Positions 1 through 11,360 of a DNA stretch of 61,461 nucleotides are shown here, piece after piece. The position numbers and the translations under genes were made by a program. Each line of letters starts with the position of its first letter. Position 1 is the stretch's first letter. The DNA is from Candidatus Fermentibacteraceae bacterium (GTDB lineage Bacteria; Fermentibacterota; Fermentibacteria; Fermentibacterales; JCC-6): NCBI GenBank assembly GCA_041686025.1, contig JAWLEP010000018.1:1-61461 (forward strand). Direction: 5' to 3'. The notes beneath the pieces were generated by a model. The model worked only from the letters and a program-made list of their open reading frames with translations. It was not told where the DNA came from and did not search any database.

Positions 1-1
1 C

Positions 2-3000
2 TACCGGATCACCTTCGCAGACGGCCAGCCGCTGGCGGGGAGGACCAAGTGGAACTTCAACGGCGAGTACATGGACCCCACCTACATGCACGCCTGGCTC
101 TACTCCTGGATCATGCGGCAGCTGGACTACCCCTGCTTCGACGTGGACCATGCCGAGTTGTACGTCAACGACGCGTACATAGGCCTCTACGTGCGGCTGG
201 AGCCGGTGGACGAGCAGTTCCTGTCCGACCGGGGCATGGACCCCGACGGCAACCTCTACAAGGCCGCGGTGGACGGCGCCTGCCTCAGCAGGTACGACGA
301 CGTCCCGGCCTGGTGGGAGAAGAAGGCCAACGAGAGCGAGAACTGGACCGACCTCTACGGGCTGATAGACTGGCTCGACGGGGCCGACCCCGAACAGCTG
401 CACCAGACCATGGGCCAGGTCTTCGACATGGACCGTCTGATGACCATACTGGCGGTGAACGCCCTCACCATGAACTACAGCACCTACTACCACAACTACT
501 ACGTATACCGCGACATCAGGGGCACCGGGCTGTGGACCATGCTGGCCTGGGACGTGGACAAGCTGTGGGGCGACTGGGTAACCCGGCCCTACACCCGCAG
601 CGTCAACAACTTCTGGCACGACAACCCGGTACTGGAGAAGGTGGTGCTCAACCCCGTCCTGGCGGAGGCGTTCTTCGCCAGGGTCGACGCCGTGGCCGGC
701 TCGCTGCTCACCTCGGGGCTGATCACCCCCGTGATAGACTCCCTGGAGACCGCCATCACTCCCTCGGTGGAGGCCGACACCTGCGACGACCTCACGCCGG
801 CGGAGTTCCACGATGCGGTTGCTTCCATGCGGGACAGCGTCATCCAGGCCAGGGTGGAGGCTCTGGACGGGATGTACGTCGAGGAGCCGCGCTCCTTCCG
901 GGCCCACTGCGGCGACACGGTCTCCCTGGGGGAGAAGTTCGTCAGCTGGGAGGCCTGCTACGACCCTTCCTCCCCGGATGTGCAATACCATCTGCTGCTC
1001 TATACGGAGGAGGGCTGGCCCCTGGACACCTGCAGGTTCGTGGAGCTGGAGGACACCTGCTGGACCTTCCAGGGCCTCGACCCCGGGAGTTACGTCTGGA
1101 AGGTGGAGGGCGGCGGAGGCTACTGGTGGCGCTACGCCGAGGGATACGACCGCTACAACCCCTTCACCGTGCTTGACTCCTGGTCGGAGCTGTCGGGGAC
1201 CCTGGAGGGGCACACGGTACTGGACGCGGAGGGGTCGCCCTACTACGTCAGCGGCGACCTCCTGGTACCCGACGGCGCCACGCTGCAGGTGAACGCCGGC
1301 GTGGAGCTGCGCTTTGCTTCCGGGGTGGGCCTGGAATGCCTGGGGCGGATCGAGTGCCTGGGCTCGGCGGCCGACTCGGTGAGCTTCCGGCCGGACAACG
1401 TCTCGCAGCCATGGGCCGGGGTGGGGCTGCAGGGCGCCGACGCATCGTTCTTCCATACCTCCTTCTCGGGGTCGGAGGGGTTCGGCTCCTCCGGCGCCAG
1501 CCTGCGGTCGGTGGACTCGGAGCTGACGCTGATCGGCTGCGCATTTCGCAACAACATGCGATGCGTGAGCATGCAGGGGGGCACCGTGGTTATGGACAGC
1601 TGCGACCTCACCGGGGACAACCGCGGCGAGCTGTTCTTCATGGACTCCGGCGAGTCCGCTTCCATAACGGCGAGCAAGTTCGGCAACCTGACCAGCTCGC
1701 CCTGGTCCTCACAGGACGGCATCGAGTTCCAGAACTGCCTCTCCGGAGAGTACACGGTCTCGGGCTGCCACGTCTACAACATGCAGGATGACTGCATCGA
1801 CATGAACAACAGCAGCGTGGTGGCCGTGGACAACCGGCTGGAGGGTGCCATGGACAAGGGCTTCTCCATCGGGGTGGGCACCGGGGGCGGACAGCCTTCG
1901 GAGGCGGTCCTGGAGGGCAACGTCATAACCGACTGCCCCACTGGCGTGGCGGTGAAGGACGACTCCCACGCCGAGATCGGGAACTGCACCATCTCCGGCT
2001 GCGACATCGGCGTCAGGACCTATGTGAAGACCTCGGGCTTCGGCCCCGGCGAGGCCACCGTCCTCAACACAATACTCCACGGCAACGGAGAGGCCTTCAG
2101 CTTCGAGGACGGGTCCTCCGCAGGCGTGAGCTACAGCCTTACCGGAGCCTGGGAGCCCTGGCCGGGGGAGGGCAACATCGCCGGCGATCCCCTGTTCGCA
2201 GAGTGGGCCCCCGGCGACTACCGCCTCTCCTGGGAGTCGCCCTGCATCGACGCCGGCTCACCGGAGCTTAGCGACCCCGACGGCACCAGGTCGGACATGG
2301 GCGCTGTGTTCTTCCCCCAGGTGCTGGACGGCCTGGTGATAAACGAGCTGCAGTCGCTGAACGACACCACCATCTCCGACGCCTACGGCGAGTACGACGA
2401 CTGGCTGGAGCTCTACAACGGCTCCGGCTACGACTGCGACCTCAGCTGGGCATACCTGTCGGAGGACCCGCGGCTGCCCGAGACCTACCGGTTCCCCCCG
2501 GGCACCGTGGTTCCGGCGGAGGGCTTCCTGCTGGTGTGGGCCGACGGCCACCCCTGGCAGGAGGGGCTCCACCTTCCCTTCCGTATCTCCGGAGAGGGCG
2601 ACAGCCTGTACCTGTGGCGGCAGCCGGCCGCCGGCGGCAGGGGCTCTCCGCGGGCCGTGCTGGCATCCGATCCCGTTCTGGTGGACTCCCGGAGCTTCGG
2701 GCCCATTCCCGCCGACCGGTCCATGGGACGGCTCACCGACGGGGGGGAGGAGTGGGGCCTGCTGGCCAGCCCCACCCCCGGCTGGTCCAACTCCGGCGGA
2801 GCCCCGGGGGAGAGGCAGCTCCTCCTATCCTGCGCCTATCCCAACCCCGCCCGCTTCGGGGCGGTCTCCGTGGACGTCACGGTGGACGCCGGGCAGACCG
2901 AGCTGCTGGTGTACGACCTGTCCGGACGTCTGGTGGAGGTGGCCTTCGAGGGCCATCTGCCCGCGGGTGAGCATACGCTGGTGTGGGACGCCCGCGGCGA

Positions 3001-3097
3001 GGACGGCCTCCGCATGCCCACCGGGCTCTACCTCCTCTGCGCCCGGCACGCCGGGGGCGTCTCCGAGACCAGGAAGGTCGTGGTGCTGCGCCGGTAG
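2..3097 (+). CDS. CotH-kinase family secreted protein with right-handed beta-helix, lamin-tail domain and FlgD/T9SS-like C-terminal domain (5' partial)
   Basis: Frame is open from the window start (YRITFADG...KWNFNGEYMDPTYMH). CotH motifs LYVND-YIGLY, HNYYVY, WDVD; beta-helix DDCID/DKGFSIG; LTD VINELQS...DWLELYN; tail AYPNP...LLVYDLSGRLV...GLYL. Confidence 0.85.
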   Translation, partial: YRITFADGQPLAGRTKWNFNGEYMDPTYMHAWLYSWIMRQLDYPCFDVDHAELYVNDAYIGLYVRLEPVDEQFLSDRGMDPDGNLYKAAVDGACLSRYDDVPAWWEKKANESENWTDLYGLIDWLDGADPEQLHQTMGQVFDMDRLMTILAVNALTMNYSTYYHNYYVYRDIRGTGLWTMLAWDVDKLWGDWVTRPYTRSVNNFWHDNPVLEKVVLNPVLAEAFFARVDAVAGSLLTSGLITPVIDSLETAITPSVEADTCDDLTPAEFHDAVASMRDSVIQARVEALDGMYVEEPRSFRAHCGDTVSLGEKFVSWEACYDPSSPDVQYHLLLYTEEGWPLDTCRFVELEDTCWTFQGLDPGSYVWKVEGGGGYWWRYAEGYDRYNPFTVLDSWSELSGTLEGHTVLDAEGSPYYVSGDLLVPDGATLQVNAGVELRFASGVGLECLGRIECLGSAADSVSFRPDNVSQPWAGVGLQGADASFFHTSFSGSEGFGSSGASLRSVDSELTLIGCAFRNNMRCVSMQGGTVVMDSCDLTGDNRGELFFMDSGESASITASKFGNLTSSPWSSQDGIEFQNCLSGEYTVSGCHVYNMQDDCIDMNNSSVVAVDNRLEGAMDKGFSIGVGTGGGQPSEAVLEGNVITDCPTGVAVKDDSHAEIGNCTISGCDIGVRTYVKTSGFGPGEATVLNTILHGNGEAFSFEDGSSAGVSYSLTGAWEPWPGEGNIAGDPLFAEWAPGDYRLSWESPCIDAGSPELSDPDGTRSDMGAVFFPQVLDGLVINELQSLNDTTISDAYGEYDDWLELYNGSGYDCDLSWAYLSEDPRLPETYRFPPGTVVPAEGFLLVWADGHPWQEGLHLPFRISGEGDSLYLWRQPAAGGRGSPRAVLASDPVLVDSRSFGPIPADRSMGRLTDGGEEWGLLASPTPGWSNSGGAPGERQLLLSCAYPNPARFGAVSVDVTVDAGQTELLVYDLSGRLVEVAFEGHLPAGEHTLVWDARGEDGLRMPTGLYLLCARHAGGVSETRKVVVLRR

Positions 3098-3223
3098 CGC
3101 CCGGCCTGTCGTTTCCTCCCGGGCCCGTCGAAGCCCCTACTCGCTGTCCCTTCGGTACTTGGCAAGCCCGGCGCATCATGCCATATCCAATGTGTATGGA
3201 AAACGCCAACTGGGGGGAGCACC

Positions 3224-4801
3224 ATGGACAGGCTCGACGACCTGCGGCGGGAGGCCCTGCTCGGAGGCGGGGAGAAGAAGATCGCGAAGCGGCGGGAGGC
3301 CGGGAGGCTCACCGCCAGGGAGAGGCTGGACCTGCTTTTGGACAGGGATTCCTTCCGGGAGCTGGGAATGTTCGTCACCCACCGCTGTCACGATTTCGGA
3401 ATGGAGAAGAAGCGCTTCCCGGGCGACGGCGTGGTCACCGGCTACGGAACAGTGCACGGCAGGCTGGTGTACGTGATCTCCGAGGACTTCACCGTTCTGG
3501 GGGGGTCGCTGTCGAAGGAGTTCGCCGAGAAGATCGCCCGCACCCAGGAGCTGGCCCTGAAGAACGGCGCCCCCATGGTGAACATCAAGGACTCCGGAGG
3601 CGCCCGGATACAGGAGGGCATCGACTCCCTGGCCGGCTACGGCACGGTCTTCCGCAACAACGTCCGCGGCTCCGGGGTCATACCGCAGATCTCGGCCATC
3701 ATGGGCCCCTGCGCCGGCGGGGCCGTCTACTCCCCGGCCCTTACCGACTTCGTCTTCATGGTGGACGGGTCCAGCTACATGTTCCTCACCGGGCCGGACG
3801 TGATAAGGGAGGTGACCCACGAGGAGGTCAGCTTCGAGGAGCTGGGGGGCGCCGTCGCCCACAACGCCAAAAGCGGCGTGGCCCACTTCCGCTGCAGCTC
3901 CGAGCAGCAGTGCATCAGCAGGATGCGTGAGCTGCTCACCTACCTTCCCCAGAACAACATGGAGGACCCGCCGGTCCTGGAGGACAATGAGGGGAAGGGC
4001 CTGCGGGGGAAGCTGGGCTCCCTGCTGCGCAGGGTGAGTGGCGTCGGCGGAGGCGACAGGCTGGAGGGGATACTCCCCGACGACGACTCCCTCCCCTACG
4101 ACATGAAGGAGGTGATAGGGGGCATAATGGACGGGGACTCGTTCCTGGAGGTCCACGCCGACTACGCCCGGAGCCTGGTGGTGGGGCTGGGAAGGCTGGG
4201 GGGCCGCACGGTGGGGGTGGTGGCCAACCAGCCCGCCCACCTGGCCGGCGTCCTGGACACCCATTCGTCGGCCAAGGGCGCCAGGTTCGTGCGGTTCTGC
4301 GACTCCTTCAACATCCCCCTGGTAGTCCTGGAGGACGCCCCCGGCTTCCTGCCCGGAGTGAGCCAGGAGCACACCGGGGTGATAAAGGAGGGGGCCAAGC
4401 TGCTCTACGCCTTCTGCGAGGCCACGGTCCCCAGGGTGACGGTGGTGATCCGCAAGGCCTACGGCGGTGCCTACATAGCCATGAACTCCAAGCAGATAGG
4501 CGCGGATCTCAACTTCGCCTGGCCCTCGGCCCAGATAGCCGTGATGGGGGCGAAGGGGGCGGTGAAGATCCTCCACAGGCGGAAGCTGGCCAAGGCCGAC
4601 GACCCCGAAGCCGAGCGGCAGAGGCTGGTGGAGCAGTACGAGGATACCTTCAACAACCCCTACATCGCCGCGAAGCACGGGTACATCGACGAGGTGATCA
4701 GGCCCGCCGAGACCCGGGACAGGCTGATGGCGGCGCTGGACTCGCTGTCCACCAAGCTGGAGCGGCGGGTGGAGCGCAAGCACGGGAACATGCCGCTGTG
4801 A
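3224..4801 (+). CDS. pccB: Acyl-CoA (propionyl-CoA-type) carboxylase, carboxyltransferase subunit
   Basis: DSGGARIQEG, GPCAGGAVYSPA, RKAYGGAY, C-terminal RKHGNMPL. Confidence 0.93.
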   Translation: MDRLDDLRREALLGGGEKKIAKRREAGRLTARERLDLLLDRDSFRELGMFVTHRCHDFGMEKKRFPGDGVVTGYGTVHGRLVYVISEDFTVLGGSLSKEFAEKIARTQELALKNGAPMVNIKDSGGARIQEGIDSLAGYGTVFRNNVRGSGVIPQISAIMGPCAGGAVYSPALTDFVFMVDGSSYMFLTGPDVIREVTHEEVSFEELGGAVAHNAKSGVAHFRCSSEQQCISRMRELLTYLPQNNMEDPPVLEDNEGKGLRGKLGSLLRRVSGVGGGDRLEGILPDDDSLPYDMKEVIGGIMDGDSFLEVHADYARSLVVGLGRLGGRTVGVVANQPAHLAGVLDTHSSAKGARFVRFCDSFNIPLVVLEDAPGFLPGVSQEHTGVIKEGAKLLYAFCEATVPRVTVVIRKAYGGAYIAMNSKQIGADLNFAWPSAQIAVMGAKGAVKILHRRKLAKADDPEAERQRLVEQYEDTFNNPYIAAKHGYIDEVIRPAETRDRLMAALDSLSTKLERRVERKHGNMPL

Positions 4802-6291
4802 GCGGGCTGTCCAAGATCCTGGTGGCCAACCGCGGCGAGATCGCCCTCCGGATCATCCGGGCCTGCCGGGAGATGGGGCTGCAGTCGGTGGCCGTGTACT
4901 CCGAGATCGACCGGGCCTGCAAGCACGTGCGCTACGCCGACGAGGCCTACTGCATCGGCCCGGCGCCCTCCCTGGAAAGCTACCTGAGGATAGACGGGAT
5001 AGTGCAGACCGCACGCAGGAGCGGCTGCGACGCCATCCACCCCGGCTACGGCTTCCTGGCGGAGAACCCCCGCCTCCCCAGGGCCTGCCGGGAGGCGGGG
5101 CTCACCTTCATCGGCCCCTCCGCGGAGTCCATGGCCCTGCTGGGAAACAAGACCAGGGCCCGCAGGATGGCGGTGGAGGCCGGGATCCCCATAGTGCCCG
5201 GCACCACCGATCCGGTCTCCAGCCCCGAGGAGGCGCAGAGGGCTCTGGCGGACATCGGGCTGCCCGTGCTGCTGAAGGCGGCGGCCGGCGGAGGCGGCAA
5301 GGGGGTCCGGATCATCCGGGAGGCCGGAGAGCTCCGGGCCGGGTTCGAGCAGGCCTCCGCCGAGGCGGCGGCGGCCTTCGACGACCCGGACGTGTACATG
5401 GAGCGCTACCTGGAGCGGCCGCGGCACGTGGAGATACAGATAATCGCCGACCACCACGGCAACGTGGTGCACCTCGGCGAGAGGGAGTGCTCGGTGCAGC
5501 GGCGTTTCCAGAAGCTCATCGAGGAGTCCCCCAGCTGCGCCCTGGACGGGGGGCTGCGAGCCGAGATGGGAGAGGCCGCCAAGAGGGCGGTGAGGGCCTC
5601 GGACTACCACAACGCCGGCACGGTGGAGTTTCTGGTGGACTCCGAGGGCGGCTACTACTTCTGCGAGGTGAACGCCCGCCTGCAGGTGGAGCACCCGGTG
5701 ACCGAGCTGGTCACCGGCCTGGACATAGTCAAGGAGCAGATCAGGGTTGCCGCCGGGGAGCCCCTGTCCTTCCGCCAGGAGGACGTGGAGATGCGGGGAG
5801 CCGCCATCGAGTGCAGGATCTGCGCCGAGGACCCCGAGAGCTTCATGCCCTCCACCGGGACCATTGTGGAGCTGGAGGAGCCCTCGGGGCCGGGAGTGCG
5901 GCTGGAGTCCGGGGTGGAGGAGGGCTCGGAGGTCACCCTCTACTACGACCCCCTCATCGCCAAGCTGCTGGTGTGGGGCCGGGACCGCCCCGAGGCGATT
6001 GCACGCATGCGACGGGCGCTGATGGAGTACAGGGTGCGCGGCATTCACACCACGGTTCCCTTCCACGCCAAGGCCCTGGCCCACGAGGGGTTTCGCTCCG
6101 GCGAGTACGATACGGGCATAGTCGAGGAGATAGAGCACCCCAGGACCGAAAGGCACATAGAGGTGGCGGCCATGGCTGCGGCCATAGTCGCCTCCGAGAC
6201 CAGGAGCGTGCGCTTCGGGCGCAGCACCGTCTCCAGCAGGTGGAAGCTCCGGGGGAGGATGGGCAATGGCCTTCATCGTTCGAAGTGGTGA
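4798..6291 (+). CDS. accC: Biotin carboxylase subunit
   Basis: [53 protein letters not shown] overlap with the upstream gene. Confidence 0.95.
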   Translation: MSGLSKILVANRGEIALRIIRACREMGLQSVAVYSEIDRACKHVRYADEAYCIGPAPSLESYLRIDGIVQTARRSGCDAIHPGYGFLAENPRLPRACREAGLTFIGPSAESMALLGNKTRARRMAVEAGIPIVPGTTDPVSSPEEAQRALADIGLPVLLKAAAGGGGKGVRIIREAGELRAGFEQASAEAAAAFDDPDVYMERYLERPRHVEIQIIADHHGNVVHLGERECSVQRRFQKLIEESPSCALDGGLRAEMGEAAKRAVRASDYHNAGTVEFLVDSEGGYYFCEVNARLQVEHPVTELVTGLDIVKEQIRVAAGEPLSFRQEDVEMRGAAIECRICAEDPESFMPSTGTIVELEEPSGPGVRLESGVEEGSEVTLYYDPLIAKLLVWGRDRPEAIARMRRALMEYRVRGIHTTVPFHAKALAHEGFRSGEYDTGIVEEIEHPRTERHIEVAAMAAAIVASETRSVRFGRSTVSSRWKLRGRMGNGLHRSKW

Positions 6292-6772
6292 GCGCAGGTT
6301 CCGCGTGGACCCCCGGACGGTGGACGCCGGGGAGCTGGAGGAGCACTACCTGGTGCTGCTGGACGAGGTCCAGCGCCGCCTCAGCCTCACCAGGCTCTCC
6401 CCGGCCCACATGTCCATACTGATGGACAACCGCTCCTACAGCGTGGAGGTGGAGCGGGAGGGCGGGGGCAGCTACCGGGTATCGGTGGAGGGCGAGGTCT
6501 TTACCTTCAGCGTCTTCGACGAGTACATGCAGCTCGCCGAGGACGAGGCCGGCTCCGGCGAAGCCCACATCACCGCCCCCATGCCGGGGCTGGTGGTAAG
6601 GGTGATGGTGGCCGAGGGCGACGAGGTGGAGGCCGGCCAGGGCCTTCTCGTCCTGGAGGCCATGAAGATGCAGAACGAGATACCGGCCCCCGGCTCCGGC
6701 ACGGTGGTCTCCCTTCCGGTGGAGGAGGGGGGCAAGGTGATGACGGGCGACACCCTGGCGGTGATCGAGTAG
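6266..6772 (+). CDS. Biotin carboxyl carrier protein
   Basis: APMPG and EAMKM biotinylation motif. Confidence 0.92.
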   Translation: MAFIVRSGERRFRVDPRTVDAGELEEHYLVLLDEVQRRLSLTRLSPAHMSILMDNRSYSVEVEREGGGSYRVSVEGEVFTFSVFDEYMQLAEDEAGSGEAHITAPMPGLVVRVMVAEGDEVEAGQGLLVLEAMKMQNEIPAPGSGTVVSLPVEEGGKVMTGDTLAVIE

Positions 6773-6778
6773 CCGGCC

Positions 6779-7922
6779 CTAGAGCCCGGGAAGGCCGTAG
6801 ACGTAGAGCTTGGGGTAGTCGGCCGCCTGCAGCGACCACGCCAGTATGGCGTCGGACTGCACCTTCACTATGCCCATGCCGCCGTGGGGTCCCAGTATCC
6901 CCTCCAGGCGCACCACCGCAAGGTGCTCTCCCTGCGGTGAGTAGACGTCCATCACCGTTCCCTCCGCTGAGCCGCTCTGGACCCACAGCCGGCCGCTGCC
7001 GTCCACTCCCAGCCCCTGGGGCTGTATCAGCCATCGGTAGGGGTCGGGGTCGTAGCGGTTCATCTCCTCCCGGACCCCCCGCTCCCGCAGGATGTCGGTT
7101 ATCAGACGCCTCTCCTCCTCCATCTCCCCGGGCGTTTTCTCCACCCGGGGCATCTCCCTGGTGATTGCTCCCAGGGAGTCCCCTTCGGGGCCGTAGACGT
7201 TGATCCGGTACTCGGAGGTGGAGATGGGGGCCACGTATACCCGGCCGTCGCGGCCGGCGGCAAAGGCCGAGGAGAACAGGGCGTTGTCCAGGAAGGAGCC
7301 CATGTCGTCCGGGCGGTAGGGGAACCTGTGCTCCCGGTACACCACCTCCGGCTCCCTGTGGTCCCTCCAGCGGGCCACCATGGAGACCATCTCGATGCTG
7401 CCCTCGCTCATCTCGTCGTCCAGGTAGCTGGCCACGAAGGCCATGCTGTCCACTCCCCAGGCCCACTGCGGCGCCCCGTCGCCCCCGAAGTCGGTGTAGA
7501 GGCTGTCGTAGGTCCCGTCGGCCCCGAACCTGTGTACCCCGCCCCTGCGGGAGTCCATCACGGCGAAGGAGCCGTCGGAGAGGACGGCCAGACCGCCGGG
7601 GACCAGCAGCTCGCCGGGGCCGCTGCCCCGCCTGCCTATCCTGCGGAGGTACCTCCCCTGGCGGTCGTAGACCTTCACGCAGGCGCCGGCCTCGTCCAGG
7701 ACGGCTATGTCGCCCTCCATGGTGAGCACGGCCTCGCCTATGGTGCCGAATACGTAGTTGGAGTCCCCCATGAGCACGCCGATGCTGTCGTCGGGTGCCA
7801 GCTGCAGCGTGTCGGGCCCTGCGCCCGGCGGCTCTTCGGGGCCCTCAGGGTCCTCCGGCCCGCCGCAGGCGCCCAGCGCCAGCAGTGCCAAAGCCATACC
7901 GACCGCTGTCCCTGTGTACATG
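6779..7922 (-). CDS. 6-bladed/NHL-like beta-propeller lipoprotein
   Basis: Lipobox LALGAC; IGRRGSGPGEL repeat motif; paralog of 41681-42841; start uncertain (ORF extends to 7957). Confidence 0.75.
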
Positions 7923-8007
7923 GTTCCTCCCGTTCCGTTGCCCATTGACTCGCCCATCCATCTGACGGGCGGTGGCCGCAGGCGTTACATCCGGCGGGGC
8001 AGGAGCG

Positions 8008-9768
8008 TCACCGCAGCAGGACGAAGCCGGCGCTCAGGGACCTGCCGCCGCTGCGCAGCCTCGCCACGTAGACGCCCGAGGGCCGGTCTTCGGACGGGGC
8101 CCACACCAGTCTGGCCCTGCCCGATGCGTCCATCCGGCACACCCTGCGGCCGGTCATGTCGTAGACCTCCAGTACCGCGGAGTCCCAGGCGGGCATGAGC
8201 AGCTCCACCGACCCCGCCGAGGGATTGGCGGCAGGCGCGAGCCTCCCGCCGGGGGTTTCGGGCTCCAGTCCGGTGCCGCCGGAGCCCGCGTATACCCCCG
8301 TGTTCCGCGCGTCCACTCCGCGCATGGGCCAGTCGGCGCGGTCGGCTGCCACGGTTCCGTCGGTGTCCCAGGCGTAGGCGTGTCCGTCCCAGGTGCAGGC
8401 CACCAGCTCGTAGAGGCCGTCGCCGTCGATGTCTCCGGCGGCGGCGCCGGAAGTGGCCGTGGTGGACATGGCCTTGGGAAAGCCGTCCGCCACCGACCCG
8501 TCGGACCGCAGAGCGTAGAGCTCACCGCCGTCTGTGGTGCAGCAGACCTCCTGCAGGCCGTCGTCTGTTACGTCCACCACGGTGGGGAAGCCCTTGGGCC
8601 AGTCGGAGAAGGTCACCGGCCATCCGGCCAGCGTCTGGCCGGTGGCGATGTCCACGGCCCAGGCCCGGTAGTCGGAGGCCAGCTCATTCTCGAAGGCCAG
8701 CAGCTCCGGCTCGCCGTCGCCGGTGATGTCCCCCAGCCCGATGTAGAACAGCTGGCTGCCGCCGGTGATGGAGATGGGGAATCCGTCCACCGGGGAGCCG
8801 TCGTGGTGCCTGGCCTCTGCGGTGGCGGTGGAGCTGAGGGTGTAGCCCACCACGACCTCCAGGTCACCGTCGCCGTCGAGGTCCGCCGGCACCGGCGGAC
8901 CGAAGGCGGCGTAGCCGCTTCCCTGGCCGAACAGCTCCAGCGGGTATCCGGGCCGGTGCTCCCCCTCGGCGGTGAACGCGTGCAGCCGGTAGGAGTCGGC
9001 AAGCAGGCCCACGGCGAAGAACTCCCCCGTGCCGTCCCCCTCCAGGTCGCCGAAGTAGACGTTCAGTATCAGCTCCGCCGGATCGAGGTCGGTGGTGAAA
9101 AGCCTGGTGCCCTGGTGGTCGAAGCCGGAGATCCGGTAGTAGTCGCCGGTGTTCCCCAGCGTGTGGGCCGACCAGGCCTCCAGGTTCCCGTCCCCGTCGG
9201 CGTCCCCCAGCACGAACGGCGAGGCCAGGGCGTTGGAGCCCTCGTCGGGGGCCTCCTGGGGAAAGCCCGGCATCCAGCCCCCGCCGGGCTCGCGGCCGTT
9301 GAAGCTCCACATGTGCGAGCTCCCCGCGTACCAGTCGCGCTCCGACCAGAGGGTCTCCACGTCCCCGTCGGCCTCCATGTCCGCGCAGGAGGGGCCGGGG
9401 AGCTGGCCGGTGCTGGCGTATCCCATGTACTGCATGTCGGAGGTGGGCCAGCCGGGCAGGAAGCTGCCGTCGCCGTCGAGGCCGAAGACCTCGCCCCCCA
9501 TCAGGAAGATCTCGTCGTCGCCGTCTCCGTCGATGTCGAACAGCGTGGGTGTGTAGGGAAAACCCGCTCCCGGGGACCCCAGGTCCACGGGCCAGCCCTC
9601 CACGGTTCCGGCGGAGGGGCCTTCGAGAGCGGCCGTGGAGGTGCCTGCGGGCTCCCCGGCGGGGCGGCCGGGCTCCGGCAGCGCCGTGCGGACCGACTGG
9701 GACTCGCCGGCGGCGGGAGTCGCTGCGGCAATGAGCAGTATCGCTGCGCATGCATACGTCATGGGCAT
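8008..9768 (-). CDS. Secreted FG-GAP/VCBS repeat protein with T9SS-like C-terminal domain
   Basis: Repeated DxDGDG..E and GWP/GFP motifs; signal peptide MPMTYACAAILLIAAA; tail VYDMTGRRV...SGVYVARL. Confidence 0.8.
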   Translation of the reverse strand: MPMTYACAAILLIAAATPAAGESQSVRTALPEPGRPAGEPAGTSTAALEGPSAGTVEGWPVDLGSPGAGFPYTPTLFDIDGDGDDEIFLMGGEVFGLDGDGSFLPGWPTSDMQYMGYASTGQLPGPSCADMEADGDVETLWSERDWYAGSSHMWSFNGREPGGGWMPGFPQEAPDEGSNALASPFVLGDADGDGNLEAWSAHTLGNTGDYYRISGFDHQGTRLFTTDLDPAELILNVYFGDLEGDGTGEFFAVGLLADSYRLHAFTAEGEHRPGYPLELFGQGSGYAAFGPPVPADLDGDGDLEVVVGYTLSSTATAEARHHDGSPVDGFPISITGGSQLFYIGLGDITGDGEPELLAFENELASDYRAWAVDIATGQTLAGWPVTFSDWPKGFPTVVDVTDDGLQEVCCTTDGGELYALRSDGSVADGFPKAMSTTATSGAAAGDIDGDGLYELVACTWDGHAYAWDTDGTVAADRADWPMRGVDARNTGVYAGSGGTGLEPETPGGRLAPAANPSAGSVELLMPAWDSAVLEVYDMTGRRVCRMDASGRARLVWAPSEDRPSGVYVARLRSGGRSLSAGFVLLR

Positions 9769-10042
9769 TCTGGCCTTCCCTTCGATGTGTTTCGGCACCG
9801 TTGCCGCCGTCCCTGTTATAGAGGGATGTATAGCCAACGCGCCGAAGGGCGCAAGGCCCGGGCCGCTTTCGGCGGCCCGGCGGTCCCGGCGCGTTCGAGT
9901 CCGGCAGGGACCGGCCGGATCCCGGCGGAGATTGATGGCGGGCCGTTCTGCAAGCATGATAGGCCCGTGGGACCTTCGGGTCGGCGGAGCCGCATCGGTT
10001 GCGGCTATCCCATCCCGCGCAACTCTCGGCAGGGAGGCGGCC

Positions 10043-10384
10043 GTGAAGCTGATGGTCTTCGTACTCAACGACGAGGAGCTCCTGGAGAGGGTGCTGGAGG
10101 CCTACACCGAGGTGGGCATTCCCGGAGGCACCATACTGGACTCCGAGGGAATGGGGCGCTTCCTCACCTACGAGATCCCCCTCTTCGCCGGTTTTCAGAA
10201 GTTCATGAAGGGCAACAAGCCCTACAACAAGACCATTTTCTCAGTGATCAAGGACGAGAGCCTGATACCCAGGCTGCACTCCCTTCTCAACGAGGTGTGC
10301 GGCGACCTGAGCGAGCCCGGGACCGGAGTGCTGTTCACCGTACCCGTGGACTGGGCAGAGGGACTGGCCGAGGAGGGGGACTGA
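10043..10384 (+). CDS. PII-like (GlnB-fold) signalling protein
   Basis: GTG start after GGGAGG; G.TILDSEGMG and PGTGVLFTVPV motifs typical of PII-like proteins. Confidence 0.7.
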   Translation: MKLMVFVLNDEELLERVLEAYTEVGIPGGTILDSEGMGRFLTYEIPLFAGFQKFMKGNKPYNKTIFSVIKDESLIPRLHSLLNEVCGDLSEPGTGVLFTVPVDWAEGLAEEGD

Positions 10385-10848
10385 TGGCTGTAGAACTGGC
10401 CGAAATGATGAATCCGGCCTGCATCGAGCTGGAGCTGGAGGGGAAGCGGAAGCCGGACATCATCCGGGAGCTGGTGGATATCGTATCCCGCTGCGAGGAC
10501 CGTATCGACCGCGACTGCCTCTACGACTCGCTGATGCGCAGGGAGAGCATAAGCACCACCGGCATCGGTGACGGGATAGCGATACCCCACTGCATGACGG
10601 GCCAGGTGGAAAACACCCGCATCGCCTTCGGACGCAAGCTGGACGGAGCCAGGTTCGACGCGGTGGACAACAAGCCGGTCTCCCTCTTCTTCCTGCTGGT
10701 GGGCCCGGAGGGGAACCCCACCCGGCATCTGCAGGTCCTCAGCAAGCTGGCCCGCTACCTGCACGACCCCATCTTCTGCCAGAAGCTCCTCGACGCCGAC
10801 AGCGCCGGGGAGGTAGTGGAGGCCTTCAGGAGCAAGGACAGGCTCTGA
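10384..10848 (+). CDS. PTS EIIA domain protein (PtsN/Fru-type)
   Basis: RESISTTGIGDGIAIPHC (phospho-His), FDAVDNKPV, HLQVLSKLAR; TGATG coupling on both sides. Confidence 0.9.
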   Translation: MAVELAEMMNPACIELELEGKRKPDIIRELVDIVSRCEDRIDRDCLYDSLMRRESISTTGIGDGIAIPHCMTGQVENTRIAFGRKLDGARFDAVDNKPVSLFFLLVGPEGNPTRHLQVLSKLARYLHDPIFCQKLLDADSAGEVVEAFRSKDRL

Positions 10849-11360
10849 TGGACCTGCGGACCCGCTGGGCCGCGGTGCGGTTCGCCATCACCTTCCTCTC
10901 GCTGCTGGCGGGCTGGCTGCTGCTCACCTGGTCCCTGGACATCGGGTCGGTCCTGGCGGGAGTGGTCTCCAGCCTGCTGGTGGCTGCCCTCACCTACAGG
11001 ATATTCGTGGACGAGTCCGAGGCCGGCCGCAGGGCCCACCTGCCTCGGGTGCACATGTTCGTTGTCTTCCTCTGCCTGCTGGTGTTCAACATGTACGTGG
11101 CCAGCTTTCGGGTGCTGTGGAGCATCCTGCGGGGCAACATCAACCCCGGGGTGGTCCACTTCCGGACCCGCCTGAAGGCCGAGATAGCGCGGGTGGCCCT
11201 CAGCAGCTCCATCACCCTCACCCCCGGCACCATCACCCTGGACCTGACCGAGGACCACCTGGTGGTGCACTGGCTGGATGCCCAGACCACCCACTCCCGC
11301 TACGCCGGGGAGCTGATCAAGGGGATGTACGAGAAGCTCCTGCGGAGGGTCTGGATCTGA
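10848..11360 (+). CDS. mnhE: Na+/H+ antiporter subunit E (MrpE/MbhA-like)
   Basis: INPGVV...SSITLTPGTITLD...LVVHWLD. Confidence 0.9.
   Translation: MDLRTRWAAVRFAITFLSLLAGWLLLTWSLDIGSVLAGVVSSLLVAALTYRIFVDESEAGRRAHLPRVHMFVVFLCLLVFNMYVASFRVLWSILRGNINPGVVHFRTRLKAEIARVALSSSITLTPGTITLDLTEDHLVVHWLDAQTTHSRYAGELIKGMYEKLLRRVWI

Noticed and set aside
3224..6772. Na+-pumping decarboxylase linked to the Mrp module
   Set aside because: A biotin carboxylase is present and there is no membrane beta subunit, so this is an ordinary carboxylase
9858..9914. Two hairpins, one with tRNA T-loop-like GTTCGAGTCC
   Set aside because: No cloverleaf, acceptor stem or CCA; probably a chance GC-rich structure
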